Shown here: piece after piece, positions 48,034-58,066 of the stretch
Numbering within the stretch: the stretch's first letter is position 1
How the letters are laid out: each line of letters starts with the position of its first letter
Assembly (NCBI GenBank): GCA_964579725.1
Contig: CAZOHG010000004.1
Coordinates: forward strand, 17,675-81,674
Length of the DNA stretch: 64,000 nucleotides
Direction: 5' to 3'
From: an uncultured Deferribacteres bacterium
GTDB taxonomy: Bacteria; Zhuqueibacterota; JdFR-76; BMS3Abin05
Notes under the pieces: model-generated
Database searches by the model: none
What the model was told of the DNA's origin: nothing
Seen by the model: only the letters and a program-made list of their open reading frames with translations
Program-made: the position numbers and the translations under genes

Positions 48034-48726
48034 TTACCCCGCTAACAGGGACAACAAAATGCCCGCTAAAATACCCAGAACCAAGTAAAAACGATTTTTC
48101 TGGCTGGTAACCAAAAATCCCACGGCCCCGATTCCCAATCCCAAAAAGGCGAATTTCACCGACCCCAGGGTGAGCGGAAACCAGGATTCTCCCAATTGAG
48201 TTAATTTCGGCAAAAACAGCGCCCCCACGGAAACGGCCAAAGCCGTCCAAAGTGCTCCGTGAAAAAAGGCGTGAAAAATCCCCAGACGATGCATCCAAGC
48301 CACACCGCTCGGGCTGTTTTTTTCGGCAAATCGGTCAGCCCAGCGCGCCAGGATTTCATTGTTTCGCCTCATAAGAACAATCGTAAAACCAATCAGTTGC
48401 GCCACGAAAAAGGCATACAGGATTCCCCACAGCAAAAGCCAGGGACGGCCCATAGCCCCTGGAGCATCGATCCACAAGATGCTTCCCAATCCGGCCAGGG
48501 AGCCCAGATTCCCTTCAGGAAATTTGGCTCCCCCCACCGGGACATCTTTCAGCCAAATGAGTTCCATTAAGACACCAAAGAGCATTCCGAACGGGATGTT
48601 TCCAAATATCCAACCCAAAACGGTGCTGCTGATCAAGGGATGCGCCAGCAGAACTTGCCATGCGGCTGTGGTGTCCAATCCCACAAACCCGCCGGCAAAA
48701 AATAGGATCAGCAATTTTTCAAGCAT
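48034..48726 (-). CDS. PTS mannose-family IIC component
   Basis: A polytopic membrane protein of the EIIC-Man type, lying adjacent to the IID gene. Confidence 0.75.
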   Translation of the reverse strand: MLEKLLILFFAGGFVGLDTTAAWQVLLAHPLISSTVLGWIFGNIPFGMLFGVLMELIWLKDVPVGGAKFPEGNLGSLAGLGSILWIDAPGAMGRPWLLLWGILYAFFVAQLIGFTIVLMRRNNEILARWADRFAEKNSPSGVAWMHRLGIFHAFFHGALWTALAVSVGALFLPKLTQLGESWFPLTLGSVKFAFLGLGIGAVGFLVTSQKNRFYLVLGILAGILLSLLAG

Positions 48727-48981
48727 TCTGCTCCAGGCCTTTTTAGTCGACGGCGATTTTTCGAGAGCCGCTTAATTCCACGCTCAAACGCTACCGGTCA
48801 CTTGTGTCCCAAATGGTATGTCGGCCGAACTGAATTAACCTATAATAAAAAAATTTAGTTAGAATGTCAAGAAAAATTGCCCAAGCACAGAAGTGGTAAG
48901 AACGGTAGGTGCAAAACCCGCAGAATCTTTCAAAAAAATCGGCCGGAGAGACCCAAAAAGCGAAGAAAAGACCGTGGACAT

Positions 48982-50097
48982 TCAGGAATTGCGATGAGAA
49001 ACCAGATCCAAAAAGGCAACGAGATCAGCTTTGCCGTCGGAATCGGGCAAAGTGGCAAGATGTTCTCGGGCGGTGTCCACGTGTTTCTGTACCAGCTTTT
49101 GGGCAGCCTTTAGGGTTCCAGTTCGTTCAAAAATTTCTTGTACGCGTCGCACATCGGCGTGGGTGATGTTTTTCTGGTTAAAAATAGTGTGAATCGCTTT
49201 GGCATCGGCCGGGGTGCCCGCCTCCAGGGCGTGAATCAGAAGAAAGGTTTTCTTCCGCTGTACAATGTCGCTACCCCAGTCCTTGCCCAGCGTTTTTTCG
49301 TCCGCGACGATATCTAACAAATCGTCCTGAATTTGAAAAGCCATGCCCATATTCAACCCGTAGGCGTGGAGATTTTGGATTTGCTCGGGTGCTCCGTTTC
49401 CGAAAATAGCCCCAATCTGGGTACACAACGCAATGAGAACGGCTGTCTTTTTTCGGATCATGGTAAAATAGTCGTCGAGCGTCACATCCCAGCGATTTTC
49501 GAACTCCTTGTCCAGGGCCTGTCCCTCGCAGAGTTCAAGCAGGGCATCTGAAAAATTGCGACCGATCTCGGCAATTCTGGGGTGATTGCAGCTCATTAAA
49601 TAACGGTAGGAAAGGGCCACCAATCCGTCCCCCGACAAAATGGCGACGTTGACGTCCCATTTTTTGTGAATGGTTTCCTGCCCGCGCCGGGTGTCGTCCT
49701 GGTCCATGACGTCATCGTGGATAAGCGTAAAATTGTGCAGCATTTCCACCGCCACGGCAGCGTCCAGACATTTGGTTGGGTCTCCTCCTACCGCTTTGCA
49801 GGAGAGAAGCAACAAAATGGGGCGCAGGCGCTTGCCCCCGGCACGCAAAATATACCGCATGGGTTCGTAAAGCGTTTGGGGGTTCGGTTTACTCAAAATC
49901 TCTTGAATCCGACCGTCAATTTCGCTTTTTAGGTGTTCGAGTTTTTCGTTCAAGTTTCCCAAAGCCGTTTCCAACGTTGTTTGGCCTGTTGTGCCATTTT
50001 TGTCATTCGTAACGAAGGGCTTCGATCGGGTGCAGCTTCGCCGCTTTAAATGCGGGGAAAATGCCGAAAAACAACCCCACAAGCGACGAAAATCCAA
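48982..50097 (-). CDS. polyprenyl diphosphate synthase (trans-isoprenyl diphosphate synthase family)
   Basis: The first Asp-rich motif LIHDDVMDQDDTRRG and the second Asp-rich motif FQIQDDLLD are present, as is GKRLRP. The first ~95 nt of the ORF overlap the upstream FtsX gene and contain no ATG, so the true start is probably an internal TTG/GTG around 49900-49975. Confidence 0.8.
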   Translation of the reverse strand: MDFRRLWGCFSAFSPHLKRRSCTRSKPFVTNDKNGTTGQTTLETALGNLNEKLEHLKSEIDGRIQEILSKPNPQTLYEPMRYILRAGGKRLRPILLLLSCKAVGGDPTKCLDAAVAVEMLHNFTLIHDDVMDQDDTRRGQETIHKKWDVNVAILSGDGLVALSYRYLMSCNHPRIAEIGRNFSDALLELCEGQALDKEFENRWDVTLDDYFTMIRKKTAVLIALCTQIGAIFGNGAPEQIQNLHAYGLNMGMAFQIQDDLLDIVADEKTLGKDWGSDIVQRKKTFLLIHALEAGTPADAKAIHTIFNQKNITHADVRRVQEIFERTGTLKAAQKLVQKHVDTAREHLATLPDSDGKADLVAFLDLVSHRNS

Positions 50098-51223
50098 TAC
50101 CGACCAAAACCGCCCACACCGGAACCGCCGAAGGCAGTTTCAGCACCAGTCCTAAAATTTTTCCGCCTACGACGCCGAAAATCACCCCTAAAATACCACC
50201 AACTTCGCTTAAAATCACAGCTTCAACCACAAACTGCCATAAAATGTCCCGACGTTTGGCTCCCAAAGCCTTGCGGATGCCGATTTCGCGCGTGCGTTCG
50301 GTAACCGAAACCAGCATGATATTCATAATCCCAATGCCACCCACAATCAGCGACATGGCCGCAATGGCCGTTGCCACAATGGAAATGTAGCCGCTAATCC
50401 TTCCCCAGGTTTCTAAAAGTGATTCCCGGGTCACAATTTCGAAATCGTTGGGTTTTCCAGGGGGTACCCTTCGAACCGCTCGCAAAATACCGGTAATTTC
50501 GTCAATAGCGGGGGCGATTAACTCCGGCCGTTCCGCCTGAAGGGCAATGTCAATCGAACGCCGGCTGCCAAAATACTTGAAAAACGTTGTTACTGGAATA
50601 AACACAACGTTGTCCGAACTAAAACCGAAAAACCGCCCCTTTTCTTCAAAAACCCCCAACACGCGCATTTTGTGGCCGTTGATTAACACCTGCTTCCCCA
50701 CCGGGTCCTCAAAGGGGAAGAGCTTGTCGACAATGTCCATTCCCAAAATGCAGACGTCTCGCGTACTTTTGACGTCGCTTCGGGTAATAAAGCGTCCCTC
50801 TTTAATATTGTACCCGTTGACAATCGCCCAAAATGCGTTTCCACCGTACGCCACAACAGAGGGATTGGTGTGTTTCCCCTTGAATTTTACCGTAATCCCA
50901 AATTGACTCAGGTAAGGGGTCAAGAATTTGACAAGCCGGGCGCGTTTCTCAATCGCATTCACTTCCCGCATCGTAATGTCCTTACGATTTCGGTAGCGTT
51001 CCATTCCCCCCACTTGAATGGCAGGGTATTTTTGTACGTAAAACGTCCCGCTACCAATCATGGAAAGCTGTTTGCCCACGCGGGCGTCGAACCCTTTAAC
51101 CAGGGTTTGCATGGCAATAATTGCCAGCACACCAAAAACAATGCCAATTGTTGTTAGAATAGCCCGGACTTTGTTGGTTCGAATAGACTCCAGAGCCATC
51201 CACACGCTTTCTCGCAAATCCAT
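50003..51223 (-). CDS. ABC transporter permease, FtsX/MacB-type (second copy, no adjacent ATPase)
   Basis: Same architecture and motifs (TERTREIGIRKALGA) as 39342..40568. Confidence 0.8.
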   Translation of the reverse strand: MDLRESVWMALESIRTNKVRAILTTIGIVFGVLAIIAMQTLVKGFDARVGKQLSMIGSGTFYVQKYPAIQVGGMERYRNRKDITMREVNAIEKRARLVKFLTPYLSQFGITVKFKGKHTNPSVVAYGGNAFWAIVNGYNIKEGRFITRSDVKSTRDVCILGMDIVDKLFPFEDPVGKQVLINGHKMRVLGVFEEKGRFFGFSSDNVVFIPVTTFFKYFGSRRSIDIALQAERPELIAPAIDEITGILRAVRRVPPGKPNDFEIVTRESLLETWGRISGYISIVATAIAAMSLIVGGIGIMNIMLVSVTERTREIGIRKALGAKRRDILWQFVVEAVILSEVGGILGVIFGVVGGKILGLVLKLPSAVPVWAVLVGIGFSSLVGLFFGIFPAFKAAKLHPIEALRYE

Positions 51224-51772
51224 TGGGCACCCTTTCGAGTGAATTAAAAATAAGAAATTTATGTACCAGAATCAAGGAGTTCTTTTGCTCCGTTTCCGGA
51301 CTTTTATTTACTTACGGGAAAATTGCCGTTTTGCTTCAAAAAGAAAATTTCTTTTTTGAAGGGGAAAATTGGAAAGCCAAAAAGGGAACCACCAGCCGAA
51401 ACGGGATTCTTACATTCACCCAAACCTGGTTGCCGCATTTGTGGAGTAATTTTTTGCGGAAAAGCCTTCCGGTACCAAAAGGCGCCTCTGCAGACTAAAA
51501 AGCGCTAAAAAACTGGTCCCTTTTGCGGAAATGGATTCCTTTCCGCAATGGCGGAAACAAGACCCCAAAAATAAGGCTTGTTGCTTTTTTGAGGGTGGAC
51601 TCAAAACCTTTTGACTGATTTCAGGGGAAGGAAAAAACAGGCAAACTTTTGGGAGCGCGCAAACGAATCCGATATTTTTAGGGGGTGCTCCCCAACGCCG
51701 ATTTTATTCAACTTTTACCGCCTAAAAGCCGGAACCCCAAAAGGTCCCGGCTTGGGCCAAAAACTTTTCCGA

Positions 51773-52372
51773 TCAGCCCCCGTGGTCTTCCATTTCCAAA
51801 AGCATCTGATCCATTCGGTCCCACAATTTGGAAATATCCTGGGACATGACCACCAGATTGTGTTTACGGCCCTGCAAATCCTTGACGTGATCCTTGAATT
51901 CCGCCTCTTTTTGAAATCCGATGCTTTCGAACACCCGAATGGCACCTTCCTGCGTATCCATCATTTCCGCCGTTACCTTTTCAATTCCCAAGAACTGAGC
52001 CAGCAAAAAGATTTCTTTGGCCAAAATAAGACCCAGCCCCTTGTGGCGGTAGTCCGGGTCGGTCACCATTCGGATTTCGGCCACATGCCTGGACCAGCCG
52101 TGAGCGGGGCGGTGGAGCGTTGCGTCGCCTATCACCTTTTCACCGTCAAAGGCCAAAATCGGAATAATCTTATCGTAATCCAAATTTTCCGCCCAACTGT
52201 GAATAACTTTCGGGTCGGTCACATCATCTTTGAGAAAAAGGCGGTCTTCCGGGCGCAATCGGTTGAAAAAATCGTACAAAGCCTTTTCATCCTCCTTTTT
52301 CATCGGCCGCAACGTGACGACGGTTTGATCTTTCAATTTTTTCTGCTTCGGGTAATCCTTAAACATACGCAC
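51773..52372 (-). CDS. GNAT-family N-acetyltransferase
   Basis: The acetyl-CoA binding motif A/B is present (...RHKGLGLILAKEIFLLAQFLG...). The 292-aa plus-strand ORF 51611..52489 is its antisense shadow. Confidence 0.75.
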   Translation of the reverse strand: MRMFKDYPKQKKLKDQTVVTLRPMKKEDEKALYDFFNRLRPEDRLFLKDDVTDPKVIHSWAENLDYDKIIPILAFDGEKVIGDATLHRPAHGWSRHVAEIRMVTDPDYRHKGLGLILAKEIFLLAQFLGIEKVTAEMMDTQEGAIRVFESIGFQKEAEFKDHVKDLQGRKHNLVVMSQDISKLWDRMDQMLLEMEDHGG

Positions 52373-52410
52373 TCCTTCCTTATTGGTACAATATTTCCGG
52401 TACTCCGTAA

Positions 52411-53064
52411 TTATTTTTCGCAGGCAATGACAGAGAGGACGGTAAATCCGGCCGCTTCAATTTCCGCCACCATTTTGTCCACGTCCTGAGCGCACTGAAT
52501 GCGCATTACGATTTTGCGGAGCCGCGGGTTTTCGTGCCGCGGCGCCACTAAGCTAATAATATTCACATCGTATTTCTGGATAATGGCTGCCAGGCGGTAG
52601 ATTTGCCCGGGTTTGTCCTCTGCCTCAATGGTTAGCCGGATCCCCTGTGCTCCCACACCCATGACGTCCAAAAATTGATCCACGATGTCCGTAAGCGTAA
52701 TAATGCCCACCAAATTCTTTTTTCGATCGACCACGGGAAGGCCGCCGATTCGCTTTTCCCGCATGACCATGGCTGCGTCCTCAAGGGTCATGTCAGGCTG
52801 TGCCGCCACGACTTCCCGCGTCATGATGTCCCGCACACGGATTTTGTCCAACAGGTAGTTCAACTCGTAGACAGAAAGGGTTGTGGCCGGAGAGGCCGAG
52901 GCCTTTTTGATGTCGGACTCCGTGACAATTCCGACAACTTTCCCCTTTCGAACAACCGGCACATGCCGAATCCGGTGGTCTTTCATCACATTTACCACGG
53001 TATTGAAGGAATCCTCCTCCTCAACCGTAAACACATCCGTTTTCATGTAGTCTTTGACGAGCAT
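52411..53064 (-). CDS. CBS-pair + ACT domain protein
   Basis: Two CBS motifs (HRIRHVPVV..GKVVGIVTESDI; EKRIGGLPVVDRKKNLVGIITLTDI) are followed by a C-terminal ACT-like region. Confidence 0.75.
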   Translation of the reverse strand: MLVKDYMKTDVFTVEEEDSFNTVVNVMKDHRIRHVPVVRKGKVVGIVTESDIKKASASPATTLSVYELNYLLDKIRVRDIMTREVVAAQPDMTLEDAAMVMREKRIGGLPVVDRKKNLVGIITLTDIVDQFLDVMGVGAQGIRLTIEAEDKPGQIYRLAAIIQKYDVNIISLVAPRHENPRLRKIVMRIQCAQDVDKMVAEIEAAGFTVLSVIACEK

Positions 53065-53068
53065 GGTA

Positions 53069-54301
53069 CTACTCCCATTTTCTCAAATCGATCACCCTCC
53101 GGTCGGGGATTTCAAATTCTCGAACCCATTCTACACGACCCTTGACTTTCACCACGTGGTGCAACCTTTCCTCAATTTCCCCAGTGCGGCTCGGGGCAAC
53201 GGTCTCGGGTCGGGCTGTTTTAAGACGGTAGGTGAGATGGTCTACATGCCCTTCGCGGGTCACCAAAATTTGGAAACTTTCCACCTCACCAAAATTCCCG
53301 ACGACTGCCTGTACCTGCGCCGGGTGTACAAACATGCCTTTCACCTTTACCCCTTCGCCCACGCGGCCCTTGTAGCCGCTCAATCGCGGTGAAGGATCCC
53401 CGCAGGGACAGGGCTCTGTTAGAAACGAAGAAAGATCGCCGGTGCCAAACCGAATGAGGGGATAGGTAGCATTGAAATGCGTGACCACAATTTCACCGGT
53501 CTCACCGAGCGGTAGGGTTTTGCCGGTAGCGGGGTCACAAATTTGAACCAGCAGATTGTCGCTTACGTGCCAGCCTTCCTGCACTGAACACTCAAATCCG
53601 GCACAGCCAATGTCCGCTGTGGCGTACACCTGATACACCCGAATGCCGTATTTCCCCTGAAATGCCTGTCGAAGGGTGGGCGGAAGCGGTTCACCGGTGA
53701 CCAGAGCCTTTTGGTAGCTGTGGTCTTTGGCGGGATTTAGGCCCATTTCTTCGGCTTTTTTGAGAATGGTCATTAAAAACGAGGGTGTCCCCACATACCC
53801 TGTAACGCCAAAAAGTTTCGCCGCTTGCACCTGGAGCGCCGTATTGCCGACACCCGCCGGAAAAACCACGCATCCCAATTTGCGCAAACCGGCGTCCAAC
53901 ATAAAACCACCCGGCGTCATGTGGTAGGAAAAGGTATTTTGGACCACGTCACCTTTGCCAAATCCGGCCAACCGGAGAGCCTTTTCGAAATGCCAAAAAT
54001 CCTCCACGTCGCCCTCGGGGTCCGCAATGGGGCCAGGGGAAAGAAACACTCGCCGCAACGCGCCCACTTCGGTGGCCAACCACCCGGCAAAGGGGGGATT
54101 TTCCATTTGAAGTCGGATTAAATCGTCTTTTCGGGTCACGGGGATTTTCTGCAAATCGTCAGGATTTCGAAGGGTGTCCGGGGCGATTTTGTTTTTTTGA
54201 AGCAGTGCACGGAAATAAGGGGCCTTCTCGTAGGCGTACTGGACCAACCGGCCTAAATCACCCTGAAAGGGAACTTCACGGGATTTCCGTTCGAAACTCA
54301 A
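53069..54301 (-). CDS. phenylacetate-CoA ligase family protein (PaaK / F390-synthetase-like adenylate-forming enzyme)
   Basis: The AMP-binding core has a PaaK-type N-terminus (YAYEKAPYFRALLQKNKI..). It is 410 aa and adjacent to an ACT-domain gene, a common arrangement. Confidence 0.75.
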   Translation of the reverse strand: MSFERKSREVPFQGDLGRLVQYAYEKAPYFRALLQKNKIAPDTLRNPDDLQKIPVTRKDDLIRLQMENPPFAGWLATEVGALRRVFLSPGPIADPEGDVEDFWHFEKALRLAGFGKGDVVQNTFSYHMTPGGFMLDAGLRKLGCVVFPAGVGNTALQVQAAKLFGVTGYVGTPSFLMTILKKAEEMGLNPAKDHSYQKALVTGEPLPPTLRQAFQGKYGIRVYQVYATADIGCAGFECSVQEGWHVSDNLLVQICDPATGKTLPLGETGEIVVTHFNATYPLIRFGTGDLSSFLTEPCPCGDPSPRLSGYKGRVGEGVKVKGMFVHPAQVQAVVGNFGEVESFQILVTREGHVDHLTYRLKTARPETVAPSRTGEIEERLHHVVKVKGRVEWVREFEIPDRRVIDLRKWE

Positions 54302-54679
54302 ATCCGACTCCTTTTGGTTTGAAAGATTGAAAAGAACGTCGCTGGCCAGAATGAAAAATCTTCGCCTCGTTTTCTATTTTCTTCTGCCGCAAGAGCGGTG
54401 ATTTTGCCGCAAATATTTTTCTTTTAACGCCCTTTTGGGGGACGAATGTTCTGCTGTTTTCAACAAGCGCAAGCACCCTTTTTTGTTTATTCGCCGCCGG
54501 GAGAAAAAGTCTCCGCAAACCACAGGAAAAGATCCCAGTAAAACAATCCGGGTCGTTGGAAAATGGAAATTTCGTTCGATGGGTATTTTTAATATATGAA
54601 AAATTCGAGTGAAATTCTATTAAATTCCCGCAATATTTATTGCAGGGTTTCAGTCGATGGGTATTGGCCCCGCATTTTT

Positions 54680-54710
54680 CGAAAAAGCGCCCTTGTTTTG
54701 CGGGGCGCGA
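54680..54710 (-). terminator. intrinsic terminator downstream of livF-like gene
   Basis: A stem GCGCCC / GGGCGC with a 10-nt loop is followed on the minus strand by UUUUUCG. Confidence 0.55.
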
Positions 54711-54722
54711 ACTCTTTTTTGT

Positions 54723-55514
54723 CTACAGCCAGCGTTTGCGGCGCTTGTAATGTTTGACGTCCCGGAAGCTTTTCCGTTTTCCCACCTCGGAAAGCCCCAG
54801 GTAAAATTCCTTGACATCGGGGTTGTTTTTCAATTCCTCGGATTTACCGTCCAGTCCCACCCGACCGTTTTCCATAATGTAGGCGTACCCGGCAATTCCA
54901 AGGGCGGCACGGGCATTTTGTTCCACCAAAAGAATACTGACTCCCTCCTCGGAATTGATCCGCCGAATGATGTCAAAAATCTCCCGCACCAACAGCGGCG
55001 CCAGTCCGAGGGAAGGTTCATCCAAAAGCATGAGACGCGGCCGGGCCATGAGCGCACGCCCGATGGCCAGCATTTGCTGCTCGCCGCCCGAAATGTACCC
55101 GGCCACCCGATTGCGTAAATCGCGCAAACGCGGGAAATAGGTGTACACCATGTCCAAATCCCGCTTCAAATTTTGGCTGTCTTTTCGCGTGTAAAATCCT
55201 GCTTTCAGATTTTCTTCGATGGTCAAATGCTCAAACACCCGCCGTCCTTCCAACACCTGGAAAATCCCCATTCGGACAATCTCTTCGGCGTCTTTTTTGT
55301 CGATTCGTTGGCCGTTAAATTCAATGCTGCCGTCGGTAACTTCCCCGTCCTCCGATTTCAGAAGGCCCGAAATAGCTTTGAGCGTGGTGGTTTTCCCGGC
55401 GCCGTTCGCTCCTAAAAGCGCCACAATTTCCCCGTCCGGCACACTAATGGACATCCCCTTTAAAACCAAAATAACGTTGTTGTACACCACCTCAATATTG
55501 TTGAGTTTCAGCAT
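54723..55514 (-). CDS. livF: branched-chain amino acid-type ABC transporter ATP-binding protein (LivF-like)
   Basis: Walker A GANGAGKTT, the signature ISGGEQQMLAIGRAL, Walker B LLLDEPS, and the short LivF-type C-terminus are present. Confidence 0.85.
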   Translation of the reverse strand: MLKLNNIEVVYNNVILVLKGMSISVPDGEIVALLGANGAGKTTTLKAISGLLKSEDGEVTDGSIEFNGQRIDKKDAEEIVRMGIFQVLEGRRVFEHLTIEENLKAGFYTRKDSQNLKRDLDMVYTYFPRLRDLRNRVAGYISGGEQQMLAIGRALMARPRLMLLDEPSLGLAPLLVREIFDIIRRINSEEGVSILLVEQNARAALGIAGYAYIMENGRVGLDGKSEELKNNPDVKEFYLGLSEVGKRKSFRDVKHYKRRKRWL

Positions 55515-55651
55515 TCCTCAGTAATTCCAATTGTTCGGGGTGATTTTTCCGCGCCTTTGCCGGTATTTTTCATTTTTCAAACCGCTTCCTTTTTACACGC
55601 TCATTGAAAAGAGGGGAGCTTTCGGGGATTTCCCGAAAGCTCCTTCTTTGG

Positions 55652-56875
55652 TTATTCTTTTCCCAACATTTCGGCTTTCGGTACCGGCGGAGTGCTAATC
55701 CAGTCGGTTACGGGTACCAATTCGCCCTTTTTAATCGTAACCAATTTGACCATCTTGGCACCCCGGTGGTCTCTGGCGGAATAACTCACAGGCGTGACCA
55801 GCCCCTTCAAATCAAAATTCTGAATACTCTCAAATCCCTGTTTAATTAATGCACCGGTCACCTTGGCGGGATCGTTTTTGGCCAGTGCCAGAGCCTTGCG
55901 AACGGCTTCCGTCATAATTGCGGCATTTACCCAACCCGTTACGTAGGGCGGCTCACGGTACTTAATTTTGGGATGATACTGGCTGTTCACCTTTTTTAGC
56001 ATTTGAATCCCCGGGACGTTGTCCTCGCTCCAAATGGCAAAAGGCATCACCCCAAGGTAGCCCTCGGCAGCACTTCCGGCCAATTCGGCCAATTTTTGTC
56101 CCGTCCCCCAGAAATTGCCCGTAAAAACGGTTTTTAGTCCCAACTTTTTGGCATCTTTTAAAATGGTGGAGGTGGCCATGAAGGTTTCCTGAATAAAGGC
56201 GTAATCGGCTTTTTTCTCTTTAATGCGCAAAAGCTGGGAGGTGGCATCCAGGGCGCGCAGCGAGACGTTTTCTTCGTCCACAATTTCAATTCCGTTGGCT
56301 TTGGCAAATTGGCGTGCCGGCGTTAAGGGGGCGCGTCCGTAGCCGCTGTCGTTGTAAATCAAGGCCACCCGCGGGGGACGTTTCATTTTCCAATTCTTCT
56401 TAATGTATTGCAACACGGCACGCACGTGGTCGGCGTAGGTGGTAACGGGAAGGAAATTCCAGTTGCCCGGCATCCACACCAAATTTTGCGAAAAAGAGGC
56501 GGAAATGTAAGGGATTTGATCCTTAATAATTTTCTGCCTCAGGGCTTCACTGTCGCCGGTGCCCCACCCAATAATGGCTTTCACCCTGTCCTGTTTGACA
56601 AATTTTTTGTAGGCGGAAATCGCCTGGGGGATTTTATATTGGTAGTCCGTCCATTTCAAATCGATTTTCACCCCGTTAATACCGCCTTTTGCGTTGAGCC
56701 ATTTAAAATAATCGCGAACGCCGTCCGCGTAGTGCCACCCCACGTCACCCGTCGGGCCGGTAATGTCAAAAATCGCCCCGATTTTAATGGTTTTCTGCTT
56801 GGCTGTTCCTAACACTGGTAACCCAAGCAAAAACAACCCTGTTACGAGCACGACCAGCCATTTGCTTGTTTTCAT
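55652..56875 (-). CDS. ABC transporter substrate-binding protein, type-I periplasmic binding fold (LivK-like)
   Basis: A signal peptide and the PBP1 pattern (KIGAIFDITGPTGD...). Confidence 0.8.
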   Translation of the reverse strand: MKTSKWLVVLVTGLFLLGLPVLGTAKQKTIKIGAIFDITGPTGDVGWHYADGVRDYFKWLNAKGGINGVKIDLKWTDYQYKIPQAISAYKKFVKQDRVKAIIGWGTGDSEALRQKIIKDQIPYISASFSQNLVWMPGNWNFLPVTTYADHVRAVLQYIKKNWKMKRPPRVALIYNDSGYGRAPLTPARQFAKANGIEIVDEENVSLRALDATSQLLRIKEKKADYAFIQETFMATSTILKDAKKLGLKTVFTGNFWGTGQKLAELAGSAAEGYLGVMPFAIWSEDNVPGIQMLKKVNSQYHPKIKYREPPYVTGWVNAAIMTEAVRKALALAKNDPAKVTGALIKQGFESIQNFDLKGLVTPVSYSARDHRGAKMVKLVTIKKGELVPVTDWISTPPVPKAEMLGKE

Positions 56876-57004
56876 TGTCCTTCCTCCAAATTTCGTTCAC
56901 AGCTTCAAAACACGTAGCAACCCAATTTTTTGGAATCTATCTCAAACAAATTCCGACCGGAGAAGCGACTTCTCCTGCCGGAATTTGACTGCGCCGAACC
57001 GCCT

Positions 57005-58057
57005 CTAATAAGAAAACGGCCAAAGTTTCCAGTACGCCCGAATCATCTGCCAACGGTGGTACAAACCGTCGGGTTCGTAGATCAAAAACAGGATTACAGT
57101 CAGGCCGAAAACGATCTCGCGGCTGGCTCCAAGAATATCTCCAATATTGGGGTACGCCCCGCTCAGAGCACTGGCCAGAACACGCAAAAGTTCCGGAAGC
57201 AGCGTAATAAAAATCGCCCCGTAAATCGCCCCTAACACGCTGCCCAGTCCTCCGATAATAATCATGGCCAAGTAATTAACCGAAACAACAATGGTAAAAT
57301 GTTCCGGCGTAATGATGGTAATATAGTGAGCCCACAGACTTCCGGCAATGCCTGCGTAAAAAGAGCTGACGAAAAAAGCCATGAGTTTGTACTTAAAAAG
57401 ATTGACACCCAAAATTTCGGCAGCAATGTCGTTGTCCCGAATAGCGATAAAGGCGCGCCCCACCCGGGTGCGAAGCAAATTGCGGGCGTACCAGACGGCC
57501 AAAACAACCACGGTAAACGTAATGTAGTAAAAAGTGCGGTCGCTGTCGAATTCAAACGATCCGATTTTGGGCGAGGGAACCAAAATTCCCGAGGTGCCGT
57601 TCGTCAAACTGCGCCAGTGTACAATGGTGAATTCAATAATCACCTGTGCTGCCAGTGTGGCAATGGCAAGGTACAACCCCTTAATGCGAAGGGACGGAAT
57701 TCCGAAAACAAGCCCCACGCTGGCGGCAATGAGACCCGCCAAGGGCAGTGCCAGCCAAAAACTGAATCCCAGGCGAGTTGTCAGCAGAGCGGAAGCGTAC
57801 GCTCCAACACCAATAAAAGCGCCGTGCCCCAATGAAATTTGCCCCGCGAAGCCCGTTAAAATATTCAACCCCATGGCCCCAATAATGGCAATTCCCGTTA
57901 AATTGGCCAGAGAGAGCAAATAGTCATTCATGTACAAAGGCCCCGTGAGGATGACCACCAACAGCACCCCCAGCCAGAAGAGTTGCACTTTGGTTCGAAA
58001 AATCCGTCGATCCTGTTTGTACGAGACGTTAAAAACGCCGCTCGGAAGCTGATTCAT
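57005..58057 (-). CDS. livM: branched-chain amino acid-type ABC permease (LivM-like)
   Basis: A polytopic permease with LivM-type conserved loops. Confidence 0.8.
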   Translation of the reverse strand: MNQLPSGVFNVSYKQDRRIFRTKVQLFWLGVLLVVILTGPLYMNDYLLSLANLTGIAIIGAMGLNILTGFAGQISLGHGAFIGVGAYASALLTTRLGFSFWLALPLAGLIAASVGLVFGIPSLRIKGLYLAIATLAAQVIIEFTIVHWRSLTNGTSGILVPSPKIGSFEFDSDRTFYYITFTVVVLAVWYARNLLRTRVGRAFIAIRDNDIAAEILGVNLFKYKLMAFFVSSFYAGIAGSLWAHYITIITPEHFTIVVSVNYLAMIIIGGLGSVLGAIYGAIFITLLPELLRVLASALSGAYPNIGDILGASREIVFGLTVILFLIYEPDGLYHRWQMIRAYWKLWPFSY

Positions 58058-58066
58058 GCCCTCATC

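Noticed and set aside
51611-52489. 292-aa plus-strand ORF
   Set aside because: It lies antisense to a well-supported GNAT gene and the start of the CBS/ACT gene. Its translation has no recognisable domain and is low-complexity. It is a shadow ORF.
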